DNA of 64,000 bases from Mustelus asterias (Eukaryota), in NCBI RefSeq assembly GCF_964213995.1, contig NC_135804.1, forward strand, positions 111,414,001-111,478,000, written 5' to 3'. A model generated the notes under the pieces. That model had not been told where the DNA came from, made no database searches, and saw only the letters and a list, made by a program, of their open reading frames with translations. Below are positions 1-12,594 of the stretch, one piece after another. Position numbers and translations under genes: made by a program. Every line of letters starts with the position of its first letter. Position 1 is the first letter of the stretch.

Positions 1-76
1 GGTCCAGGTCCAGGTCCTGGCCCTGGTCCTCTGGTGTCAATACCTCTTGAATCGATACCTCTGGGATCTCTAGTAC
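1..76 (-). CDS. CSTF2: CSTF2 exon 11, partial (GTRDPRGIDSRGIDTRGPGPGPGPG...)
   Basis: gtgcttag acceptor at 77-78; RDPRGID motif as in CstF-64; runs off the window edge. Confidence 0.9.
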
Positions 77-875
77 CTAAGCACAAATTAGAAAATTAGT
101 CTGACTTATAACTTTCCAGCTCTAACTTCCAGGAGACTCCGTCACCTCATTGTATGATTTACAGGTCTAACATTAATTATTAAATACTGCATTTTACTTC
201 CATCATGTTGAGGATCTATTTTAGGTTATGGCAACATACAATACTTGTCAATCTTCATGCCAAATGTATATTAACCTGATCAAATGTTTTCTTCCATTTT
301 CAAAAGAATCCTTCCAAATTAAACTTGGCCATTATTTTCTACAGGCAATATTTTTGGCATGTAGATTTTGCAGGGCCATTGTTAAGGCAGCAAAAACAAC
401 GGAAACGAAAGTCAAACTACATCGACCATATCCAAATTCTTCCTAATATTCCAATCAAACTACCACTTAATACAGAGAGAAAGAACAAAGTTTCAAATCC
501 GCAGGAATTCCAAAAATGTTTTATATCTTTGACGTGCAGTTAATTCTGTAGCAAAACAGCAGCCAATTTGTACATGACAAGGTTCCACAAATGATCAGAA
601 GATCAAGCAGTTAATTTGTTTTTAGGAAACCAGGCAAACTCTTTGCTCTTTTGAAATAAAACCATCCTATTTTTAACATTCACCTGGATCTATTTCTAAA
701 ACTGTGCCACGGAGAATACTTCCACATTTCAATGAAATGTCAATCCAAGTTCGACAGCAGGGATTTAACTTCAACTGCATCACTCATTAGTAACTGAGCC
801 AAGCTGATATTTATAGACAACTTGCTTTGAAGAGAGCTTCCCTACTTCAAACACTGCTTCAGAAGCTCTAACAAA

Positions 876-1972
876 GAGCCTGATTTTACCAAACCCTCGC
901 ACCCGTTTTCGGGCGTGAAATCGCAGTAAAGTTGGGCGTCGGGCCTATACCACGATCTGCACCCGATTCCGAGCCCGAATCGGGCGGCCCGACGATTTAA
1001 ATGCATTTCCATGCATTTAAATCAACTTAATGAACCGCGCACCCAACTCTACCGCCAAATCCCACTTTACCGACTTCTGGCCTGATCCGGATCTGCGCTT
1101 TTAACGACCTGGTAAATAAAAGTCTGAAGTCGTCGCTGCAGCTTCCGAAGAGCGGGCTCAAAGCCTGCAATGGCTCGCTGACCCAGGTCATCCTCTGGTT
1201 GGGGTGGGGGGGGGGGGGGGAGAACAGACAGACGGACGAAGGGGCGGGGGGGGGGGGGGGGGGGGACCCAGATCATCCTCTGATCAGGTGGGGGTTCCGC
1301 TGCCAGTCTGCAGCCGATTGGTGGGGAGGGAGGGGGCAGCCATCTCTCCCACTCTCTTGCCCCTGCAGGGAAGAGTAATCTGTGGCTGGTAGTGTACCTG
1401 TGATGGTGTATCCCTTTACAGGCCCAGCTTGGTCCTTCGCCAGTGTCTCCTCTTGGACTTGTACTGATCTTGTTGCCGGTTTTCATGCGGATCCACTGTG
1501 GAATCGGCCGTTTCTGCTTCATCTTCTTAGCGAGGAATCGCTTCATGCTGAAGGTTTTGTGGGATGGCATGGCCGCACGTCCACTCTGGCAGGAGGGATT
1601 CGTTCCTCCGGTGGGGAGGGGGTGATCGCCCACAGAGTGGCGGCGGACCCCCCTGCCCCCTCCCTCCCCACCAATCAGCCGCAGACTGGCAGCGGAATCA
1701 CCCCTGACCAGAGGATGATCTGGGTCCCCCCCACCCCCCACCCCCCCAACCCCGACCAGAGGATGATCTGGGTCCCGCCCCCCCCCACCCCTTCCTGCCC
1801 CCGACCGACCAGAGGATGACCGTCAGAGAGACGCTCTCTCCGCTTTCTGCTTTTTTTTTCTTTCGCGCCCAGACGCGCTCTGTCAGATTTTTTTCGAACT
1901 GCGCATGCGCAGGCGTGGATCTATTTGACGCCCGGATTCGGCACTTAGACTCAAAATGGTAAAATCAGGCCC
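876..1972. mobile_element. Non-autonomous TIR DNA transposon (PIF/Harbinger-like) carrying an RPL39 retrocopy
   Basis: 16-bp TIRs GAGCCTGATTTTACCA / TGGTAAAATCAGGCCC (15/16 match), 3-bp AAA on both flanks, CpG-rich body, internal inverted repeats. Confidence 0.75.
1416..1570 (-). pseudogene. RPL39: Processed RPL39 pseudogene ([35 protein letters not shown] / [15 protein letters not shown])
   Basis: Intronless full CDS of 155 nt with a 1-nt frameshift deletion; clear eL39 peptide. Confidence 0.95.
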
Positions 1973-2157
1973 AAAGTATACATCAACAAGGCCTCATTAA
2001 GTGAGAACACAAACAGAGGGTAGTATTGGGTGATACAGAACCATCAACCACAGGAGAGCTTATGCATCTCACAGAAACACACAGCTAATTGGGAATTCAG
2101 GTATAGTAAACTGCATTTCTGATTCGACAATAAGCTGGTAACCTCAAAAGTGTGTGA

Positions 2158-2518
2158 TTTTGATTTGATTTATTGTCACATGTATTAGCATACAGTGAAA
2201 AGTATTGTTTCTTGCGCACTATACAGACAAAGCATACCATTCATAGAGAAGGAAACCAGAGTGCAGAATGTAGTGTTATAGTCATAGCTAGGGTATAGAG
2301 AAAGATCAGCCCAATGCAAGATAAGTCCATTCAAAAGTCTGATGGTAGCAGGAAGGAAGTTGTTCTTGTGTCAGTTGATACGTGACCTCAGACTTTTGTA
2401 TCTTTTTCCCAAGGGAAGATGATGGAAGAGAGAATGTCCAGGGTGCGTGAGATTCTTAATTATGCTGCCTAATTTGCCAACGCAGCGGGAAGTGGACGGG
2501 AGGCTGGTTTCGGCATGT
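2158..2518 (-). mobile_element. 3' end of a Rex1/Babar-like LINE, (ATCAA)n tail
   Basis: Same sequence recurs on the plus strand at about 30430-30640 and 48003-48240 (RxKNSFFPxAxRL-type C-terminus plus tail). Confidence 0.55.
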
Positions 2519-2579
2519 GAATTTTTTCCTTTTTGTGAACTCTGGTAAAATGGTAAGAAATAAAAGCAAGGTGCATGAA

Positions 2580-3240
2580 TGCTCTTTGATAGGAGTAGGC
2601 CATTCGGCCTATCGAGCCTGCTCCACCATTAAATAAGATTATGGTTGATCTGATTGTGGTCTTAACTGTACTTTCCTGCCTGACACCCATAATCTGTGAC
2701 TCCCTTGTAGATGAAAAATACACCTAACTCAGCCTTGAATAAATCCAACGATCCAGCCTTCACTGCTCTCTAGGAAGAGAATCTCAAAAGCTAACAGCCT
2801 TCCTCATTTCCCGCTTAAATTGGAGACTATTTTTATCTCCACCCCTAGTTCTATATTCCATTATGAGGGAGAACCATGAGGGGAAACATCCTTCTAACAT
2901 CTAGCCTGTCAAGCCCCCTCACAATCTTATATATTTCAAAAATGATCACTTCTCATTTTTCTAGACTTCAATGAGTCTAGGTCCACCTGCACAACCTTCT
3001 GCATCAGACAAATCCTCATCGCATGAATGAGCCAAATGAAAATTCTGTGAACTGCTTCCACCACTACTATATCCCTCGTTAAATAGTGAGATCAAAACTG
3101 TACATTATTCTAGGTATGGCTTCACTGTCCTGTACAATGGTCACAATTCCCTACTTTTATACTCTACCCTCCTGCAATAAAGGCTAGCATTCCATTTCCT
3201 AATCACTGACCATACCTGCTAACCTTTTGTGATTCATGCT
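2580..3240 (-). mobile_element. Degenerate CR1 3' fragment
   Basis: ataggagtaggccattcggcc 3' UTR and decayed ORF2 C-terminus similar to the copy at 53076-53912. Confidence 0.7.
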
Positions 3241-3360
3241 GTGCGTGGTCTCCTTCCTTGGTTAATGGAGACTGGAAATTGTACTTTTACTAAATATACA
3301 CAGGAAGTACATTCACCTCTACTGCATGGGCATATAACGTGCTACAAAAAATTGTGTATA

Positions 3361-6300
3361 TAGAACATAGAACATTACAGCGCAGTACAGGCCCTTCGGC
3401 CCTTGATGTTGCGCCGACCAGTGAAACCAATCTAAGGCCCCTCTAATCTACACTATTCCAATATCATCCATATGTTAGTCCAATAACCATTCAAATGCTC
3501 TTAATGTTGACGAGTCCACTACTGCTGCAGGCAGGGCATTCCACGCCCTTACTACTCTCTGAGTAAAGAACCTACCTCTAACATCTGTCCTATATCTCTC
3601 ACCCCTCAATTTAAAGCTATGTCCCCTCGTGCTAGCCATCACCATCCGAGGAAAAAGGCTCTCACTATCCACCCTATCTAATCCTCTGATCATCTTGTAT
3701 GCCTCTATTAAGTCACCTCTTAACCTTCTTCTCTCTCACGAAAACAACCTCAAATTCCTCAGCCTTTCCTCATACGATCTTCCCACCATACCAGGCAACA
3801 TCCTGGTAAATCTCCTCTGCACCCTTTCCAACACTTCCACATCTTTCCTATAATGCGGTGACCAGAACTGTACGCAATACTCCAAGTGCGGCCGCACCAG
3901 AGTTCTGTACAGTTGCAGCATGACCTCCTGGCTCCGAAACTCAATCCCTCTACCAATAAAAGCTAACACACCGTACGCCTTCTTAACAACCCTATCAACC
4001 TGGGTGCCAACTTTCAGGGATCTATGCACATGGACACCCAGATCCCTCTGTTCATCCACACTACCAAGTACTCTGTATTCCTGTTACTCCTTCCAAAGTG
4101 AATCACCTCACACTTTTCCACATTAAACTCCATTTGCCACCTCTCAGCCCAGCTCTGCAGCTTATCTATGTCCCTTTGTAACCTGCCACTTCCCTCCGCA
4201 CTGTCTACAACTCCACCGACTTTAGTGTCATCCGCAAATTTACTAATCCATCCTTCTACGCCATCATCCAGGTCATTAATAAAAATGACAAACAGCAGTG
4301 GCCCCAAAACAGATCCTTGCAGTACACCACTAGTAACTGAACTCCAGGATGAATATTTTCCATCAACCACCACCCTCTGTTTTCTTACAGCGAGCCAATT
4401 CCTGATCCAAACCACTAAATCACCCTCAATTCCATGTGTCCGTATTTTCTGCAAAAGCTTACCATGGGGAACCTTATCAAACGCTTTGCTGAAATCCATA
4501 TACACCACATCAACCGCTTTACCCTCATCCACCTCTTTGGTCACCTTCTCAAAGAACTCAATAAGGTTTGTGAGGCACGACCTACCCTTCACAAAACCGT
4601 GCTGACAATCCCTAATCAAATTATTCCTTTCTCGGTGATTATAAATCCTACCTCTTATAATCCTTTCCAAAACTTTGCCCACAACAGAAGTAAGGCTCAC
4701 TGGTCTATAATTACCAGGGTTGTCCCTACTCCCCTTCTTGAAAAAGGGGACAACATTTGCTATCCTCCATTCTTCTGGCACTGTTCCTGTAGACAACGAC
4801 GACACAAAGATCAAAGCCAAAGGCTCTGCAATCTCCTCTCTAGCCTCCCAGAGAATCCTAGGATAAATCCCATCCGGCCCAGGGGACTTATCTATTTTTA
4901 CCCTTTCCAGAATTGCTAACACCTCCTCCTTATGAACCTCAATCCCGTCCAGTCCAACAGCCTGCATCTCAGTACTCCCCTCGACAACACTGTCCCTCTC
5001 CAGTGTGAATACCGACGAAAAATATTCATTTAGTGCCTCTCCTATCTCTTCAGACTCCACGTACAACTTCCCACTACTGTCCTTGACTGGCCCCTAATCT
5101 TACCCTAGTCATTCTTTTACTCCTGACATACCCATAGAAAGCTTTAGGATTTTCCTTGATCCTACCTGCCAAAGACTTCTCATGTCCCCTCCTGGCTCTT
5201 CTTAACTCTTTCTTTAGGTCCTTCCTGGCTAACTTGTAACTCTCAAGTGCCCTAACTGAGCCTTCACGTCTCATCTTAACATAAGTCTCCTTCTTCCTCT
5301 TCACAAGAGATTCAACCTCCTTAGTAAACCACGGTTCCCTCACACGTCTGCTTCCTCCCTGCCTGACAGGTACATATTTATCAAGGACGCGTAGTAGCTG
5401 TTCCTTGAACAAGTTCCACATTACAATTGTGCCCATCCCCTGCAGTTTCCTTCCCCAACCTATGCCAGCTAAATCTCGCCTAATCGCATCATAATTTCCT
5501 TTCCCCCAGCTACAACTCTTGCCCTTTGGTATATACCTATCCTTTTCCATTGCTAAGGTAAACGTAATCGAATTGTGGTCACTGTCACCAAAGTGCTCAC
5601 CTACCTCCAAATCGAACACCTGGCCTGGTTCATTATCCAGTACCAAATCCAATGTGGCCTCGCCACTTGTTGGTCTATCTACATACTGTGTCAGGAAGCC
5701 TTCCTGCACACATTGGACATAAACTGACCCCTCTAAAGTACTTGAACTATAGCTTTTCCAGTCAATATTTGTAAAGTTAAAGTCCCCCAGTACAACTACC
5801 CTGTTACTTTCGCTCCTATCCAGAATCATCTTTGCAATCTTTTCCTCTACATCTCTGGAACTTTTCAGAGGTCTATAAAAAACTCCCAACAGGGTGACCT
5901 CTCCTTTCCTGTTTCTAACCTCAGCCCAAACTACCTCAGTAGACGAGTCCTCATCAAATGTCCTTTCTGCCACCGTAATACTGTCCTTGACTAACAATGC
6001 CACACCTCCCCCTCTTTTACCACCTTCCCTGCACTTACTGAAACATCTAAACCCTGGAACCTGCAACAACCATTCCTGTCCCTGCTCTATCCATGTCTCC
6101 GAGATGGCCACAACATCGAAATCCCAGGTACCAACCCATGCTGCAAGCTCACCCACCTTATTCCGGATGCTCCTGGCGTTGAAGTATACACACTTCAAAC
6201 CACCTTCCTGTCTGCCAGTACACTCCTGCGACCCTGAAACCTCATCCATGACCTCACTACTCTCAACCTCCTGTACACCGGAGCTACAATTCAGGTACCC

Positions 6301-7542
6301 ACCCCCCTGCTGAATTAGTTTAAACCCTCCAGAAGAGCATTAGCAAATTTCCCCCCCAAGATATTGGTACCCCTCTGGTTCAGGTGCAGACCATCCTGTT
6401 TGTAGAGGTCCCACCTAGCCCAGAAAGAGCCCCAATTGTCCAGGTATCTGAATCCCTCCCCCCTGCACCATCCCTGTAACCACGTGTTCAACTGCTCTCT
6501 CTCCCTATTCCTCTCCTCACTATCATGTGGCATGGGTAACAAACCAGAGATAACAACTTTGTTTGTTCTAGCCCTAAGCTTCCACCCTAACTCCCTGAAT
6601 TTCTGCCTTACATCCCCATCCCTTTTCCTCCCTATGTCTTGAGTGCCTATGTGAACCACAACTTGGGGCTGGTCCCCCTCCCCCTTAAGGATTTCAAAAA
6701 CACGATCCGAGACATCATGGACTCTGGCTCCTGGGAGGCAACACACCAACCGTGAGTCTCTCTCGTTCCCACAGAATCTCCTATCCGTCCCTTTAACAAT
6801 GGAGGCCCCAATGACTAATCCTCTACTCCTCTCCCCCCTTCCCTTCTGAGCCACAAGGACAGACTCTGAGCCAGTGACCTGTACACTATGGCTTACCACT
6901 GCTAAGTCCCCCACCCCCCCCGTACCCCCACCCCCAACAGCATCCAAAAGTGTACTATCCCCAATTTCTACTACATTTCTTGTTTCTCCCCGCACTTGGA
7001 CGACTCCCTGTACCCTGGTGCGGTGGTCAGTTTGCTCATCCTCCCTTTCTCTACCCTTCTGAGCTGCCGGGCCGGACTCTGCGCCGGAGGCACGGCCACT
7101 GTTGCTTCCCCCAGGTAGGCTGCTCCCCCCCAACAGCACTCAAACAGGAGTACTTATTTTTAAGGGGCACAGCCACTGGGGTACTCTCTAGTACCTGACC
7201 TTTCCCCTTCCTAACCGTGACCCACTTGTCTGTCTCCCGTGGCCCCGGTGTGACCACCTGCCTGTAACTCCTATCTATCACCTCCTCATTCTCCCATACC
7301 AGATGAAGGTCATTGAGCTGCAGTTCCAGTTCGCTAACGTGGTCCCTTAGGAGCTGTAGCTCGACGCACCTGGCGCAGATATGGACGTCCGGGAGGCTAG
7401 CTGACTCCAGGACCTCCCACATCCGACACTGAGAACAAACTGGCCTCACACTCATAATTCCCCCTTTCTTCCAATGACACAGGAAAAACTATCTAAACCT
7501 ACCCTGCCTCTGCCCGTTTATGCCGAAGCCCGATGAGCCAAA
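3361..7542 (-). mobile_element. Near full-length CR1 LINE (ORF1 zinc finger/leucine zipper + SGNH esterase; ORF2 APE endonuclease + RT), frameshifted
   Basis: ORFs 7051-7455 (CxxC...CxxC), 6315-7139 (esterase-like HIGTQD and DGLHLN), 5074-6249 (APE: NARS, SETW, GDFN, SDH), 4014-5066 (RT: QGSVLGP, FADD). (TTCTATG)n 3' tail. Possible GTATAT TSD at 3356 and 7543. Confidence 0.95.
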
Positions 7543-7689
7543 GTATATGGCTAAAAAGGTATTGTAGGCACACATCAGATACAGTAGCATGTTACTGGAC
7601 TAGTAACCAAGGTCTGGATTAACATAAATTCAAATCCCAACATGACACGTTAAACAGCAAAAGCATTCTATTACCAACAAATCAGATTA

Positions 7690-9390
7690 ACAATGTCCAT
7701 TCCACCATATGAACAGTGGTGGACAATTATGTAATGAAGGAGAGGAGGAAGTTCCACGAACATCCCCATCTGAATGATGAATGAGCTCAGCATTCAAGTG
7801 CAAAGGATAAGGCCGAAGAATTTGCAACCCCATTCACTCATTGGTGTTGCATTGTTGATCCGTCACAGCCAGATATCAGTCTTCAGCCAAATCAAAACAC
7901 TTCATGTGATATCAAGAAACATATAGGAACACTGGCTATCGCAAATGCTCCGACAACATTTTGTGCTCAGGACTTGTGCTCCAGAACTAACTGCAACTAT
8001 AGCCAAGATGTTAGTACTGCTACAACACTTGCAACTATCTGACAAATTGGAAAATATGTCCTGACCACAAAAAGTGGGTCAAATCCAACCCAGCCAATTT
8101 ACCACCTCATCAGGTCACTGACAATTATTAGCAGTGTGAAGAAATGAGTTGTCAACATTGCTAGCAATCAGCAATTGCTCACCAATAACTTGCTCATCAA
8201 TGCTCAGTTTGTTTGGGTTCCACCAGCTCCACTAGCTACAGACTTCATTATTAAGGTGATATAAACATGGACAAAACAGCTGAAATCAAGAGCTGAGACA
8301 AATGACAGCCCTTGGCATCAAGGCAGTAGGTGGCATTAAACAGCTCTTGTTAGATGAAAGTCAATGGTAATTGAGGAAAGCTCTTCATTAGCTGAGTCAT
8401 ATCTGGCACTACAGAAAATGGTTGTGGCTGCTGAGAGGTCAATCATCTTAGCCCAAGGCATCACTGCAAGAATTCCTCAGTGTATTGTCCAAGGCCCAAC
8501 CACCTTCAGCTGCTCCATCAATGAATGACCTCATTTCTAACATGGCGTCAGAAGTAGAAATTTTTGCTGATCACTGCAGAGTGTCTGCTCCATTTGCTAT
8601 TTCTCAGATAACAAAGTGTCTAAATACAGGAAGACCTGGACGACATGCAGGTTTGAGCTGATAAGTGGCAAGTAACATTCGTGTCACACAAATGCCAGGC
8701 GATGAGGGACATGAGCGCATGCAACTACCACACAAGGACATTCAATGGCATCACCATCAGTGAATCCCTCCCAATCAACATTGATCAAACCTGCACCAAC
8801 CACATAAATATTGCTGCTCCAGGAATAAGTCAAGAGACCAGGTATTGTGTGTCAAGCAACTCACCTCCTGATTCCCTCAGAGCCTTTCCACCATCTGCAA
8901 CGCAGAAGTCAGGATTATGATAGAATACTCTTTAGTTGCCTCAACGATTACAGCTCCAAGAAGACTCAAGAACCTCAACACCATCCAGCATTGATTGGCA
9001 CTCCACACACCACCATAAACATTCACTCCCTCCATCACTGGTGCTGTGACCACAGTGTGTAGCATCCACAATATACATTGCAGCAACCCAACATGGCTTA
9101 TTTGACAGCACCTTCTAAACCTGTGATCTTTGCCACCTTGAAGGGCAACCAGTGCACGAGAACACTGCCACCTATCAAGTTCCCTTCCATGTCACTCAGC
9201 ATTCTGGCCTGGAAACATATAATAATTTCTTCATTACTACTGGATCAAAATACTAGAAATCCCTACCAAACTGCACTCTGGGTATACCTTCATCACATGA
9301 ACTAGTTATTTTAAGAAACTCATCAGCTTCTCAAGAGCAATTAGATATGGGTAATAAACGTTGCATTATCAGCAATGCCTATTTCCAATA
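7690..9390 (+). mobile_element. Old, highly degenerate CR1-clade LINE
   Basis: Decayed RT motifs (QGSVLGP-like near 8478, FADD-like near 8563, WADKWQVTF near 8655). Related pieces at 16595-17110 and 57760-58530. Confidence 0.65.
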
Positions 9391-10914
9391 AACAAGTAAG
9401 AAAAAGACTCTTAACAGATACTAAGTCTCTTGATAGTAGTTGGGCTAAAGTCACAGCCCATAATAAATTAAGTAATGACTGTGAAATGTAAATCTCAACT
9501 GCAAAATCCATCATGCTCTGCAAGGGGGTTGGATCAGCTTTGATTATTTTTCACTGCTTATAGCCTTTTTCATTTTATTGTCAAAGCGAATTTTTTTTAA
9601 TAGTGTGCCTATAGGCCTCTGACTGAATTCTGTCTATTTGTCACCATATCTTAACGGAGACAGAATATCTAATCTATATCAATTAAACCTAACTGGTAAT
9701 TAGGTATTAAGACAACCTCATTGGAACCTTATAAAGGCCAAGAGAGACATCAGTTACCAAAAAAATATTTTTTATACACCTTTCAAAAATAAATGTATCT
9801 AAATTTTACAGGTACACTACAAACATATTCCACAAACCTTCCTACAGAATAACGTAGCAGTGTTAGAATGACAATATGTCTATCTTGGCATAGTAAGAAT
9901 CCCATTAATTTAGAACACGCAGTGACATTGTTTAAATTAAAACTGCTTAAATACTGAAAAGTGAAACAAATTTGAAGGAAACAATGAATTACAATTTACA
10001 AGAACTGCCTCATAGAACTAAATAATTACAAATTAAAGGGATTATAGGTTGGCTCACAGCATCTAACACTTCCTAAAAAAAAAGTCACAGACTAATGGCA
10101 TCACGATGGGCCAAATAAAGAAGAATTCTGCTAATGGGCCCAACAGGTTTGCTAAAGCCCAAAATGAAGATGGTCAGTATTTCTCTGTCTGCCTGAATTT
10201 GGTTCTTCTACTAGGCAGCCGTACAACATTACTGATGTAGTTAACTGTCCTCTAAAAGAGAAGCATTCTGAAATACTAATGGCGGAAATGCTGAGAGCCA
10301 AGTGCAACATACTGCCCACATTACTTAGATGGTAGGGGACATGGCATGCTGGGCATTGAGAAAAAAGCAGTAAAAAATCTTGCTATTTACTTCAAAGTAC
10401 GATGTTAAGGTTTCAACACATTTTGGATATTGGACTTATTTTGACCTCCTGAACTAGTCAACACCTAATAGTTTGTATGCATAGAGTACTTTGATGTGTA
10501 GAATATATTTGCACTATAGTCTGGTAGTGGAAGGGTCAATTTGTAGTGAATTTAGATTATGACTCAAATCATATACTGACACAAAATTACAATTATATTG
10601 ATACACTTTTCTGATAGTCCATTAGTATCAACATGCAAAATAATTCTGATCAATATCTTCGAGGGACTGAAGGAGGGAAGAATGTCCACTGTGTAATTTG
10701 TTAATCCTATTCAGTTAACAGATTTGGTGATAATCTGCTTCAGAAATGCGTGGCTAAAGGAATTTAGATCAATATTCTTCCAACTTGTAAACATCTAGTG
10801 AACTTGTAAAAGTTTGGAGTCAAACTCTCCAACAGTATTTTGTAAGAGGTGCTGTATCTAGACACTGTGAGCCAACCTAGAGTTAAGAGTGGAGATGGAC
10901 TAGGTTTTCCTCAC

Positions 10915-11052
10915 CCATGGGTGCATTTGGTTGATGTGTGTTCGGGTAAGACCCTCCACGAGGATCTTGCTGAGCAGGAGGTTGGGAGCGAGGATCATGC
11001 TGAGGTCCAGATCGAGGATCATGAGATGGAATACTGCGGGGGTCAAATGAAC
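10915..11052 (-). CDS. CSTF2: Putative additional CSTF2 cassette exon (GSFDPRSIPSHDPRSGPQHDPRSQPPAQQDPRGGSYPNTHQPNAPM)
   Basis: 138 nt, phase 1-1, open in frame. Long pyrimidine tract with cctag acceptor and GG|GTGAGG donor. DPR repeats resemble those in flanking exons. Confidence 0.75.
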
Positions 11053-12594
11053 CTAGGAGGCAAATAACTACTAATGATGGCAGGGAGAGAGAAGGTGGGG
11101 AGGGAAAAAGAACAGGGAGGTACACAAGCAAGCATAGAGGCACTATGGAGATTCATTTCAAAAGAGTATTTCTTCCTTATTTACATCAACTCATGAAAGT
11201 ATGTGGCAGTTGTCCATTCCCTTTAGGGGTTATATGTTGAATATGGGCCCACAATTATATCTTTTAAGATGGCTTTGGTCACTAAAATTATCTAAAACTA
11301 GGCAAGTATTTGTTAACTATATAAATGACATTGTAGTCAAAACCTCATCACCAGACACAAAAACAAGTTGCTGTGGGGAGAAATTACAACATTACTGTTG
11401 TAATGTTCTTCAGGGATCTGAAACAGAATGACAGGTTAATATTTTAGGGGACCTTCTGCACTGGCCCACTCCAGTATTTGTGTGTTTTGTTGCTGATTTC
11501 CAATTTTTATGGTTCTCTTTTCAAACACTTACCAGATATTGTGCCACAATGGCCATCTAGGTTCTAGGGATCAAGGAGGACCAGGTAATAATTTACCAAA
11601 TGCTCATACCATATTGATTAAAATTCAGAATAAATTTAGATGTATTTTGTTGAGTTAATGTTAGTTTCTGCAGCAAATTTGCCAACTGTTTATGTTATAT
11701 TTATTATATTTTTACAACCTAAGGAAGGTAGGGCTTATGTCATAGACCAAACAAAGGTCATTTTGGGCTACCCATCTTCTGTGCTAGCCACAATCAATGA
11801 TTAACAGACTCAAAGAGGAGGGGGGGGGGGGGGGGGGGGGGGGTGGAATTTGTGATGCTCGCACAAAGTTGAGCTACTTCCTGACACACACATTATAAAG
11901 GCTTGCAATATAAATAGCCACTATCTGGATACAATACTGGATGACAACCAATCATGAAATCATATCCTAGCCATAAGTGACCAGAGCAGGGGAGAAAATA
12001 CCGAAGAGTAATTTTAAAAATTTAGCTGAAAGCTTTTCTATCTAATGGGAGAAAATCGTAGCTGTGCATTATTTCCACCAATCCTACGAAACTTACTATT
12101 CTGAGGGACATGCAGAGCTGATGCTGGAGACAACAACGGTTAATGAATAATTCCTAAGAACTGAACACAGGTTATCTTTCTTTCCTGTCTTTGATGATTG
12201 TGAGTTATCTAAGTGTGCAGACTTCAGTTTGGACAGGTGTTCTTATGCTTGGATGCCCCTCAATTTATATATAGGAATGTAAATTCAGAAGAAATGCCTC
12301 TTTCATTCATGGCATAAATCTTTCTGTCCTGCTGAGTTCAGAGATAAATAACTAATTCTTTCCCAATTCACTAATAATAAATACAGGTCAGAACTGCTTG
12401 ATCAGGTTTATAGGAAATATAGATAGAATATGAATCTCCAGTAGAAAAACAAATATATGTGAAATTGCCCTGAATAGTCACAAGATACTTCCTTCACATT
12501 ACCCACCTGCTCTCCTCACCTCAAATTTCTGGTCTTTGTATTAGTATACAAGATCTTTCAAAGTGAACATATGCCATAAAATCGACTAGACTGT

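Noticed and set aside
1067-1819. 224-aa and 145-aa ORFs over the RPL39 region
   Set aside because: Chance read-through of GC-rich inverted repeats and homopolymer runs; only the RPL39 part has protein homology, and it is frameshifted.
4014-6249. Active LINE or domesticated reverse transcriptase
   Set aside because: ORF2 is split by frameshifts and a small deletion near 4070, so it cannot encode a full protein as assembled.
11820-11843. 24-nt poly-G run
   Set aside because: Isolated homopolymer of unreliable length with no supporting structure.
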